Virus record (IMG/VR): IMGVR_UViG_3300033074_000977
Location: 9,729-73,728 of that record
Origin: a virus
Taxonomy: Duplodnaviria > Caudoviricetes
DNA length: 64,000 nt
Reading direction: 5' to 3' (one strand)
Shown in pieces: positions 1 through 8,021 of this stretch. Every line of letters starts with the position of its first letter. Position 1 is the stretch's first letter. Position numbers and translations under genes: made by a program. Under the pieces are notes generated by a model that was not told the DNA's origin, did not search any database, and worked only from the letters and a program-made list of their open reading frames with translations.

Positions 1-69
1 GCTGCATCGGGAGTTGCGGAGAGTGGCGGCTGGGTCAGCTACGACAATAACTGAGGAGGTATATTAACG

Positions 70-285
70 ATGCCCAGACAAGCTAAACCAACCCCAAGCG
101 CAACTACAACCACAGTCTACGTGTTGCGTAACAAATACATTGTAATGATCGAAGCTGTTACTACCGATAAAGTAGTAGCAGCCGCGTGGGAGCAGTCTGA
201 CGATTACCGATATAGCGTGCCATTGATAGTGGATGACCCTGCCGCGTTGAAAGCTGTTAAACAACTCATCAAGGAGGCTAAGTAG
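70..285 (+). CDS. small early hypothetical protein (71 aa)
   Basis: ATG preceded by GAGGAGG RBS; starts MPRQAK like the next gene. Confidence 0.8.
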   Translation: MPRQAKPTPSATTTTVYVLRNKYIVMIEAVTTDKVVAAAWEQSDDYRYSVPLIVDDPAALKAVKQLIKEAK

Positions 286-287
286 CT

Positions 288-698
288 ATGCCCAGACAAG
301 CTAAACAGTTCATCCCGTGGTCGCAGCGGCAGCTATTACCCAGCGAGGAAGATCTACGTGTACTCGCAGCTTCTTTGTTACAGGACTGTCCCAGATTACT
401 GGCAATCCCCGTCCCTACTACAGCACGCGTGCAGTGGTATTATAACGGGCCGCTGCAACTGGAGGCACTTTCACCGACCATTCACGCCCTACTATACGGT
501 CGCCAACTTAAATCCGCCCCCCTGCACCCAGGTCGTACTGACACTTGGCACCGAGGTTTGCAGCTTGCTACCGACGTAGACTTCACGGATCCCGGTTGTG
601 CTGTGTGGTGGGAGAGGGAGTTAGCCGCGTGTGCAAGGACAGTGGGTGTGGAGTTACGAGTTCGAGTTCAAATCGTAAACTTAACTAAAGGAGAATAA
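288..698 (+). CDS. hypothetical protein (136 aa)
   Basis: ATG with AAGGAGG upstream, 2 nt after the previous stop; starts MPRQAK. Confidence 0.8.
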   Translation: MPRQAKQFIPWSQRQLLPSEEDLRVLAASLLQDCPRLLAIPVPTTARVQWYYNGPLQLEALSPTIHALLYGRQLKSAPLHPGRTDTWHRGLQLATDVDFTDPGCAVWWERELAACARTVGVELRVRVQIVNLTKGE

Positions 699-704
699 CT
701 ATCT

Positions 705-866
705 ATGCGCTACATCCCTAAAACCCTTCCCACCATGCCAGCCGGTCAATGGGCTGTTTGGGACACTAAATTTGAACGCTGGCTGGTCTACGGAGGTGAG
801 CCACCTATTCCAACCAACACCTGGGAGGTAATTAACCAGCGGTGTCAGGAGTTAAATAAAGGATAA
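705..866 (+). CDS. small hypothetical protein (53 aa, MRYIPKTLPT...QELNKG)
   Basis: Translated by hand (below ORF-track cutoff); AAGGAG upstream; fills the gap between neighbours exactly. Confidence 0.65.
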   Translation: MRYIPKTLPTMPAGQWAVWDTKFERWLVYGGEPPIPTNTWEVINQRCQELNKG

Positions 867-868
867 CT

Positions 869-1306
869 ATGGACTACAAAGATGCTTTAATTGCAGCCGG
901 TGCCGAAGTACTGGCTTACGAAACTTTCGGCAGCTACCAGGGTGACTGGTGGGCGAAGGTTAACTACGAAGGCAAACAGTTCTGGGTTAGGGGATCATAT
1001 GGTTCATGCTCAGGGTGTGATGCATTGCAACATGACTTTGGTTGGAGGCTATCAGCTGGCTGTGAAGATCATGAATACACCTACGATGACAAAACCATTG
1101 CGGCGTGTTCAGCTTGTCAGGCAGTGTTAGCGGACAACGAGGGCAAGTTTGCAGCCTTTGGCAAGGGTTACTTAACCGACGAAATCTATGACCAAGCAGG
1201 CGCGGAGGCGAAGGCTGCTGAGAACCTGGATTGGGATCAAGATGCCCGCCAGATGTGGGACTTTTTGCGTACAAATTCCATTGACAGCCTGCCCGTCATC
1301 AAGTAA
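869..1306 (+). CDS. phage hypothetical protein with Cys motifs (GSYQGDW...GSYGSCSGCD, CxxC)
   Basis: 145-aa ORF, AAGGA RBS, possible metal-binding cysteines. Confidence 0.75.
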   Translation: MDYKDALIAAGAEVLAYETFGSYQGDWWAKVNYEGKQFWVRGSYGSCSGCDALQHDFGWRLSAGCEDHEYTYDDKTIAACSACQAVLADNEGKFAAFGKGYLTDEIYDQAGAEAKAAENLDWDQDARQMWDFLRTNSIDSLPVIK

Positions 1307-1309
1307 ACT
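1281..1309 (+). promoter_or_regulatory. sigma70-type promoter TTGACA-N17-TAAACT containing a TTGAC-N9-GTCA(T) palindrome
   Basis: Read directly; near-copy of 6010-6038; upstream of the ParB-like gene. Confidence 0.7.
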
Positions 1310-1386
1310 GCATCCCGTGAAATCAAACTAACTGGTTCAACCGTCTAGGTAAACCAATTCAACTTTAACAACTTAAACGAGGTCAT

Positions 1387-2367
1387 ATGGAAACTGCAAC
1401 TGCAACCGCGCCTGTGAAACAAACCTACATCCCAGGCCGCGAATACACCTACTCCGCCGACGATCTACTCATCCCCGAGAAAGGGGATCCGCTGTTCATC
1501 GAAGGCCGTACCAACTCCAACGAGGGGGTAGATAAACTCGAAGCTTCAATGAAAGATCAAGGCTGGGGGAATATCCCACCGGTGTTGGTGATTGAAGTCC
1601 AGCCCGGTCAATTCAAAGTCGTGGCCGGGATCCGCCGCACGAAAGCCGCGCGCAAAACCAACACCCCCGCACAGATTCGTGTGCTGGATCCGGGTATGCC
1701 GGTGACTGAGCAATTGTCGCTCAACATCGAGGAAAACGAAAATCGGACAGACACCAATGCCATTGCTAAGGCGCACAGCTTTCAAAGCTTTGTCACCGAA
1801 TACGTCAAGCAGGTACTTACTGAGGAGTTCCCGGACGCTACCGAATACACCGCGAAGGCCATTGCGAAAGCCACTGTCCAGGCCAAGAAAGTCTTAGGTC
1901 TGCGGCTGAAGCTCACCGCTCAAACCGTGGATGAATATCTCCAGTTGGTGAATCTTATCCCCGCCGCCCGTAAAGCTGTCGCAGAAGGTACACTAACCCG
2001 CACCGCAGTGATCGACCGTGGCGCGGGGTTGACCCGGATGCTCAAGGAGGATGGTACACCGGATGTGGAGAAGCAAACCGCTGCGTTGGAGAAGCTGATG
2101 AAGCATAGCGAGGCTGCGGGGGGTAAGACTGTGAGCCGTGCGGCTGCTAAGCAAGCTGCCACCACCGAAGCAGTTGGTTACAAACCATCCGCCTGGGAGA
2201 TTCGTCAAATGACTGTCAACATGGAAGAAGCTGGTGAGTATGCTGAACAGCTGGCATTGATCAACTTCCTGCGTGGTGATCTGACGCTGCGCACTGCGAA
2301 GAAGCGGTTGCCCTGGTTGAAGGATGTGTTCGTGGCGAAGGCGGGGCCGGGGGCGGCGGAGGAGTAA
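1387..2367 (+). CDS. ParB/Srx-family nuclease-domain protein
   Basis: PPVLV...VVAGIRRTKAA and NIEENENRTD motifs typical of the ParB N-terminal domain, followed by an HTH-like region. Confidence 0.8.
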   Translation: METATATAPVKQTYIPGREYTYSADDLLIPEKGDPLFIEGRTNSNEGVDKLEASMKDQGWGNIPPVLVIEVQPGQFKVVAGIRRTKAARKTNTPAQIRVLDPGMPVTEQLSLNIEENENRTDTNAIAKAHSFQSFVTEYVKQVLTEEFPDATEYTAKAIAKATVQAKKVLGLRLKLTAQTVDEYLQLVNLIPAARKAVAEGTLTRTAVIDRGAGLTRMLKEDGTPDVEKQTAALEKLMKHSEAAGGKTVSRAAAKQAATTEAVGYKPSAWEIRQMTVNMEEAGEYAEQLALINFLRGDLTLRTAKKRLPWLKDVFVAKAGPGAAEE

Positions 2368-2473
2368 CCGGTGGAAGATGCGGATATACTGTTAACAATC
2401 ATAGCCTGTGTAGTGGTATTAGTAATCGGTAGCTGGCTGGTCAGAGTCACCTCCGATAAATCCACCCGGTTGC

Positions 2474-2503
2474 GTTGAGCTAAGTTAAGCTAAGTTGAGC
2501 TAA
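2474..2503. repeat. tandem repeat GTTRAGCTAA x3
   Basis: gttgagctaa-gttaagctaa-gttgagctaa, intergenic. Confidence 0.85.
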
Positions 2504-2662
2504 GCAGCTGCCGAAACCGTGCCCCTCCCAGCTGCTAACTGCCCGGGAGTCAGTACCTTACGCACCAGCTAGGCAACTGTGGTAAGGTCGTGTTAAACTG
2601 GCTCCCGTTGCAACGATGTGTGACTAACGAAGTTAATTAACTAACCAAGGAGATAAAACACA

Positions 2663-2842
2663 ATGCCCAAATACAACGTAAGTTTGACCAATGTGAAACC
2701 CGGTAAAGATGGCAAGTTGCCCGAGCCGGTAGTGATCGAAGCTCCCGACGCGCCTGCTGCTAAGGCTAAAGCGATTGCCCAGCTGAAGCCGGAAGTGAGT
2801 CAGGATGTGGAGGTGGTTGAAGTGGTCGAAGCTACGGCCTAG
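2663..2842 (+). CDS. small hypothetical protein (59 aa, MPKYNVSLTN...)
   Basis: Translated by hand; AAGGAG RBS; stop lies 15 nt before tRNA-Trp. Confidence 0.75.
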   Translation: MPKYNVSLTNVKPGKDGKLPEPVVIEAPDAPAAKAKAIAQLKPEVSQDVEVVEVVEATA

Positions 2843-2857
2843 ACTTATCCACTGTGT

Positions 2858-2930
2858 AGGAGCGTCGGTTAATTGGCTAAACCCCTGGATTCCAAACCCA
2901 GTACTCAGAGTTCGAGTCTCTGCGCTCCTG
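2858..2930 (+). tRNA. trnW: tRNA-Trp(CCA), 3' CCA not encoded
   Basis: Acceptor AGGAGCG/CGCTCCT, D arm GGTT..TGG..AACC, anticodon loop TTCCAAA (CCA at 2892-2894), T arm CAGAG-TTCGAGT-CTCTG. Confidence 0.9.
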
Positions 2931-2935
2931 TTGGT

Positions 2936-3065
2936 AGGGCAATGGCGGAACTGGTAGACGCGCAGGATAATACAGGAAAGCGGGAAGCTGTCTAGTTAGT
3001 TAATAGCTAACTAGGCGGGCCAGATAAAACTCTTCCCATTGTGGGTTCAAATCCCACTTGCCCTG
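2936..3065 (+). ncRNA. tRNA-like RNA with the anticodon/variable region replaced by a ~79-nt structured insert
   Basis: Acceptor AGGGCAA/TTGCCCT, Leu/Ser-type D arm GCGGAACTGGTAGACGC, T arm GTGGG-TTCAAAT-CCCAC; no canonical anticodon arm. Confidence 0.7.
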
Positions 3066-3690
3066 TTAACCCCACCCAAGCTCTTTAACATAGTTATCCT
3101 TATCAACCCCATCCGGGGCAACCCATTGGGGGAGTGATAGCTTACTTAACGGGCGGGAAAACAACAACGTCAACAACAATCATTCGCTGGAACTCTGACC
3201 AACCGATAAGCATCCTAGGGTGACAGCACACGAGTTTGATTGTGGGGTGGGGTTATTCGATTATGGCAGCTATAACCTAGCTAGGTAGTGGTAGTCATGA
3301 CACCGCTAAAGCTGCCACCAACATTAGCAGCACGTTCGCTATACTGCTAATCATAGACCCAGGGTAGCTAGTTAAACCTTGTTATACCCCGCGTATCTAT
3401 GTAGCTCTTTGTCTTGTAGGATTTACACAGCAAGCTTTAAGGTACTTAACCAATCAGCGTAATCAACTTGACTGATGCAGAAACCGTAGCGTCTGGTGAA
3501 ATTGAATTGTCTTGAGGAAGTTGTTCAACGATAGCCAGCTGCCACAGTAGAATGCTGACGTGCAAGGGTCGTCAATTTGGAGTAGATAGAGGATTAGTAT
3601 TGATTACATTGATTGGTGTGACGGTACTCGGACGCTTACTATAATTATCTTCAAGACGTTTGTGCGAACCCCTGGATCTAACTCCGGCTG
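3066..3690 (+). ncRNA. candidate large structured ncRNA, GOLLD/ROOL-like; boundaries approximate
   Basis: No ORF of 60 aa or more on either strand; several complementary segments; directly follows tRNA elements; GTAGAAT..TGCAAG..TGGAGTAG segment recalled as GOLLD-like but not verified. Confidence 0.5.
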
Positions 3691-3779
3691 ATTGTTACTA
3701 AATCAGGTTTACTTTACCTGTCTTACTGGTTTAGCGAACAGCGGACATTGAAGTTGGCTCCGGGGGTTATTTACCCGGC

Positions 3780-3806
3780 TACCTAACTTACCTAACTTAC
3801 CGAACT
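3780..3806. repeat. tandem repeat TACCKAACT x3
   Basis: tacctaact-tacctaact-taccgaact. Confidence 0.75.
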
Positions 3807-4057
3807 TGCCAATGGCAACACCTAACCATAACTCCAACGCAAAGTTAATCCAGCAGCTTCGTGCAGTAAAACCTGTCCGTCCAGTCAAACCTTCCATTCC
3901 AGCTATCCACTGCCCAGAATGCGGTGAGCATATTGCGGGTAAGTTGGCCAAGCTGTATGTACCCGAGCTGATTAAACTCGGTCGGATGCTGGTGCGGAAG
4001 GTTAACAAGGCCAACAAAACGGCGGCGGCGGCGGCGAATGGTGACGGGGGTGGGTAG
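3806..4057 (+). CDS. small CxxC zinc-finger-like protein
   Basis: HCPECGEH motif; basic protein; start uncertain (TTG 3806 or ATG 3812). Confidence 0.6.
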   Translation: MPMATPNHNSNAKLIQQLRAVKPVRPVKPSIPAIHCPECGEHIAGKLAKLYVPELIKLGRMLVRKVNKANKTAAAAANGDGGG

Positions 4058-4157
4058 CCTGATCACAGGATCCAGGGATCCGTTTATCTCCCCATACCCC
4101 TGGCAGCTTAGCTCAAAGCTTATACCCTAATCGTCTCACAAGATAAGGATATGAACA

Positions 4158-5789
4158 GTGGCGATGATAACTTTTGATGCACATGCACAGAACTCTTCCA
4201 TAGTAACTCAGGAGGTTGAAGGAAATGACAGCAATGGCAGTAATAGCTATAGTGACAATCTTAATGGGGGTATTGGCTGTACTAGCGCTTGTAGCAATGC
4301 AGCTACAATACTTGGCGAATATCCTAGCGAGCCGGATAGATCTAGTGAACATCAACCTGGATCTGATCCACAACGCCCAGGAACGGCAGTTGTTGGAATT
4401 CAAGCAGTGGAACGAAACCCTGGAGGGGATCAACCAGGGCTATCCATCCTCTCCCCCGCCACCCTCGCAGCCCAACGCTTAATCGCCCAGATCCACCACC
4501 TCGCCGACCAGTACTGGGAAGAACCTGACCACGAAGCCTTAAACGTAGTACTAGCCTTCATCGCCAGCTACTTCCTGCACGAACGCAACCCCTTATGGTT
4601 ACACATCGTAGGCGAATCCAGCAGCGGTAAAACCGAACTCGGTATGGCACCGGTCGCGCTGGACTATGCCGAATTCCACCACCTTGATGATCTCACCTCC
4701 AACACCTTACTATCCGGCCTCACCAAAGGTAAAGATTCCGGTAAACGCAACAGCTTCCTGCACCGGGTAGGGATCTTCGGCTTAGTCTACCAGGAGGACT
4801 TCACTACCTTCCTCGAAAAAGACGAGCGGATGGTCGGTGCAGTGGCAGGGCAGTTACGTAAAGTCTACGACGGTCAGCTTACCAAGGAAACCGGCGTGGA
4901 GACTCGTGACGGTAACGGTGGCTGGCAAGGTAGGATAAGTTGGATCACAGCTATGACCCCGGGCGCTGAACGGAAATGGGTGCGCCATAACCCAATGGGT
5001 GAGCGGTTCAGTATCGTGCGCTGGCGGGCCGCGCGGAATCACGAGGCCGTAAGTAAGAAGGTATTACTCCAGTCAGCGGTTGAAGCCAAGCTCACCTACC
5101 TAGACGCTGATAAACAAATGAACCAGCAGATCGCTGGCCCCAGGAAATGGATCGGTTGGCTGACGCAGATGCTGATAGAAGGTGAGCGATATGCTGGGCA
5201 GCTACCTGGGAATGGGATTAACGAGGGGTTATTACGAGAGCTGGTGAATCAACTGCAAGGGTTGGATTTAACTCCGAAGCCGGATAGCCCTAGTGAACGG
5301 CTGGTGTATGACGGTGGATTGTACGCGCTGGCTGAGGTGGTAACGCAGCTGCGCACGATACCTAACCGTCCAGACGGCAGGAATATAGGTCAAGTGTTGG
5401 ATAGGGAAAGCTCCGGTAGGTTGCAGCACCAGCTGATTAAGGTCGCCCGCGGGTGGGCCTACTTACACAGGCGCGAGGTAGAGGCTGCGGATATGCGGCT
5501 GGTGCAGCGAGTCGCTGAGGACAGCATACCGATCAGTAAGAAACCTATCGTGGATGCGCTGTATAAAGCGGGCCGGTCGGGTATGTGGATGGATGTGGAT
5601 AGTTTGCGGCAGGAAGCTGGGTATCAGACTCAAGCGGCGCTGGTGTGGCAGTTGCAGGAATTGCTGGCGGTGGGGGTAGTGATGACCAGTGATGGGGATA
5701 TACAGCGGAACTGGGAGAATCCTTACACGGAATGGAAATTAACTGAGCAGTTCGAGGAACTGTGGAGGAAAGGGGGATTGGGGAAGTAA
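4158..5789 (+). CDS. AAA+/MCM-like P-loop ATPase, putative replicative helicase
   Basis: Walker A GESSSGKT, Walker B-like VYQEDF, Arg-finger-like GERF, winged-helix-like C-terminus; low-complexity N-terminus so the start is uncertain. Confidence 0.7.
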   Translation: MAMITFDAHAQNSSIVTQEVEGNDSNGSNSYSDNLNGGIGCTSACSNAATILGEYPSEPDRSSEHQPGSDPQRPGTAVVGIQAVERNPGGDQPGLSILSPATLAAQRLIAQIHHLADQYWEEPDHEALNVVLAFIASYFLHERNPLWLHIVGESSSGKTELGMAPVALDYAEFHHLDDLTSNTLLSGLTKGKDSGKRNSFLHRVGIFGLVYQEDFTTFLEKDERMVGAVAGQLRKVYDGQLTKETGVETRDGNGGWQGRISWITAMTPGAERKWVRHNPMGERFSIVRWRAARNHEAVSKKVLLQSAVEAKLTYLDADKQMNQQIAGPRKWIGWLTQMLIEGERYAGQLPGNGINEGLLRELVNQLQGLDLTPKPDSPSERLVYDGGLYALAEVVTQLRTIPNRPDGRNIGQVLDRESSGRLQHQLIKVARGWAYLHRREVEAADMRLVQRVAEDSIPISKKPIVDALYKAGRSGMWMDVDSLRQEAGYQTQAALVWQLQELLAVGVVMTSDGDIQRNWENPYTEWKLTEQFEELWRKGGLGK

Positions 5790-6001
5790 TGGATATTTAT
5801 AAATTGTGTAAGTGTCTCTGGGCAGTGGCTACGTTTTTAGTAATCTATGGTATGTACGGTACCTTAGCACAGGGTTATCCGTTATCCACGAAGTTGATTG
5901 ATCTGCCTGCGGATCTGGGGCTGGCTCTAGCGATTTCAATAGGGCTGAATACGATAGTCGTGATAACCTTGTCGCTGCATGGTATGGGAAGCGACGACTA
6001 A
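5790..6001 (+). CDS. small membrane protein (~70 aa)
   Basis: Two hydrophobic segments; ATG immediately after the previous TAA. Confidence 0.65.
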
Positions 6002-6009
6002 TTTCTCAA

Positions 6010-6038
6010 TTGACAGCCTGTCCGTCAACTGATATACT
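6010..6038 (+). promoter_or_regulatory. sigma70 consensus promoter TTGACA-N17-TATACT with TTGAC-N9-GTCAA palindrome
   Basis: Read directly from the sequence. Confidence 0.85.
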
Positions 6039-6048
6039 TACAACCATT

Positions 6049-6363
6049 ATGAGCAATCAATCCGGCGCTAGGACCGCCCTTACAACCATCCTTACTTCGT
6101 CAAGTGCTGCCGTGCCAACAACCACCGACCAACGCGTCCGGGTCTTTCGACTCCGCGTACTCAACTGCACTGACTTCGACCATTACACCACACTCTACTG
6201 CCGCGCGGGTCGTAACCAATTCGAGCACGACATCTACTTCAACCCTGACACCGAGGAGAAGTTATTCGATGCGGTGCGGGCCGGGAAGGTGCCGTTGGAT
6301 AAGGTATCGGTAGGGGAGGTGATTGGGTGGCTGATGGAGCGGGGGATTGAGAGTTTAGGTTAG
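6049..6363 (+). CDS. hypothetical protein (104 aa), probably leaderless
   Basis: The ORF-track TTG start at 6010 is the -35 box; the ATG at 6049 lies 10 nt after the -10 box with no RBS. Confidence 0.7.
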   Translation: MSNQSGARTALTTILTSSSAAVPTTTDQRVRVFRLRVLNCTDFDHYTTLYCRAGRNQFEHDIYFNPDTEEKLFDAVRAGKVPLDKVSVGEVIGWLMERGIESLG

Positions 6364-6376
6364 GGAGTGTAGTGTT

Positions 6377-6583
6377 ATGACTCCGTATCAAAAGTTAAAA
6401 GCTAGACGCGAGCGTTTGAAAGCCGAAGGCCGCTGCATAGATTGCACAGAGGATCGGGGAGCTGATGGAACATCAACCCGTTGCCGTAAATGTGCGGATA
6501 AGTGCAACCACGCAACGGGCATAAAACCCGCAGCGAATCTGTACGTATGTTTCGATGATGTAGATAGATTAGTTACCAAGTAA
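6377..6583 (+). CDS. small zinc-finger protein
   Basis: CIDC...CRKC; GGGAG RBS. Confidence 0.7.
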   Translation: MTPYQKLKARRERLKAEGRCIDCTEDRGADGTSTRCRKCADKCNHATGIKPAANLYVCFDDVDRLVTK

Positions 6584-6596
6584 GGAGATTCACCTG

Positions 6597-8021
6597 ATGT
6601 TAGCGATTAGAAAAGAACTACCTGTGATCTACACAGACCGTAGCCGGATTGAAACCGGCCAGCGCTGCCTACGTAAGCGCTATTGGGAGTACCATTACCA
6701 ACTGCCCACAATGCTACACGCTGGGCTACAACCCGCTAAGCCAGCGCTGGAGCTGACGGTTGGGTCGGCGGTGCATAAGGGGGTGGAGCTGTTACTTCAA
6801 GCAGCCATGACCTTGGATTACACACCCCCACTAAATAGTATAGATTTAGATACGGCTATCTTTGCGGGGTTGGCCGACTTCGATGCAGCTTGGCAACCCT
6901 GGCTGGAGCAATCCGATGCCTTCCAGGATAGCAGTGAAAGTAACCAGCTGCTATCCTACCAACTCACCGAAGCACGCGCGCTAATAGAAGCTTTAATCGC
7001 AGCGTTCTACTACGCACCGACAGGCTTACAACTACTCACAGAAAACTACGAGATCCTGGCAGTTGAACAGGAGATCGCGGTACCCCTTACCGACTGGCTG
7101 GTATTGAACTCTCGCCCGGATGCTATCCTGCGTCACCGTCGCACCGGGCAGTACTTCCCGTGGTCGTTGAAGACCGCTAAGTCATGGGATGATCGTACCA
7201 ACCAGCAGGCTGATGTAGATAACCAAGGGATCAGCGAGAGTGTTAGCACCGAATACTGGTTGAATCGCTATCCCGCTCCGCAACTCGAAGGTGCTGGTGG
7301 AGATTACACCGTCGCGGGGGTGCTGATGTGCTACCTCATCAAAGGCGAAAAACGCGCGGACGACTTCGGTATCTACCGCACCAACTCTCCGTTGATCCGC
7401 CCCTACTTCAACACCGGTGCCTTCGACCCTACCGACCTAGCCCAGTACGCACCGTCCAATAAATGGACTTGCACTGAGGAACACGAATGGAAAGGGGCGC
7501 GATTTGGCTACACAGTCAACGGCAAGAACGGTTGCCCGGGTGGTAAGAACCATATGCGCGGGGATAGCTGGCAGCAGGTGAATATCTGGGAACAGGGTGT
7601 GCGTGTGCAGGATTGGGTGAAGGAGCTATTCGAGCAGCAGCCTGAGCTGGGTGAGAAGTTCGTGCAGGTGCCTGCACCGTATCGGAGGGAGCGGGAGGAG
7701 CTGGAAAGCTGGATAGCCGAGCGAATCTTCCAGGAGCGTAGACTGGCGGATGGGACTGAAGTGATACATACTGGGTTATTATCAGATGTTACTACCATTC
7801 CTGGGTATGAAACTAGAAGTATCCTAGCTTCGCACTTTCCGATGTCACGCACGAGCTGCGTGTACCCTTGGAAGTGCAATGCACACTCTCTGTGCCATGC
7901 GGGAGGAGGTAGTAGATTGCTAGATCCAAACCTATTCTATGGCGAAAATTTGCTGGAATCTGAAAGTATCCCACAGGAGTTAGGTTATGCTTCACGAGTC
8001 CCAAACCATCCCGAAACCTAA
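6597..8021 (+). CDS. Cas4/RecB-like PD-(D/E)xK exonuclease with an Fe-S cysteine set
   Basis: N-terminal QRCLRKRYW, E-x-E-I, RPD, LKT and C-terminal C-x5-C-x5-C; AAGGAG RBS. Confidence 0.8.
   Translation: MLAIRKELPVIYTDRSRIETGQRCLRKRYWEYHYQLPTMLHAGLQPAKPALELTVGSAVHKGVELLLQAAMTLDYTPPLNSIDLDTAIFAGLADFDAAWQPWLEQSDAFQDSSESNQLLSYQLTEARALIEALIAAFYYAPTGLQLLTENYEILAVEQEIAVPLTDWLVLNSRPDAILRHRRTGQYFPWSLKTAKSWDDRTNQQADVDNQGISESVSTEYWLNRYPAPQLEGAGGDYTVAGVLMCYLIKGEKRADDFGIYRTNSPLIRPYFNTGAFDPTDLAQYAPSNKWTCTEEHEWKGARFGYTVNGKNGCPGGKNHMRGDSWQQVNIWEQGVRVQDWVKELFEQQPELGEKFVQVPAPYRREREELESWIAERIFQERRLADGTEVIHTGLLSDVTTIPGYETRSILASHFPMSRTSCVYPWKCNAHSLCHAGGGSRLLDPNLFYGENLLESESIPQELGYASRVPNHPET

Noticed and set aside
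869-883. MDYKD start resembling a FLAG tag
   Set aside because: Only five residues match; it continues as a natural ORF, so coincidence
3240-3690. tmRNA (GGGG..TTCGA near 3244; ACTCGGACGC near 3627)
   Set aside because: No T arm or acceptor stem with CCA at the 3' end, no Ala-type G-U acceptor pair, and no convincing tag ORF
4216-4482. 88-aa hydrophobic ORF overlapping the ATPase 5' region
   Set aside because: Cannot decide between this and the long low-complexity ATPase N-terminus; no clear RBS, so not called
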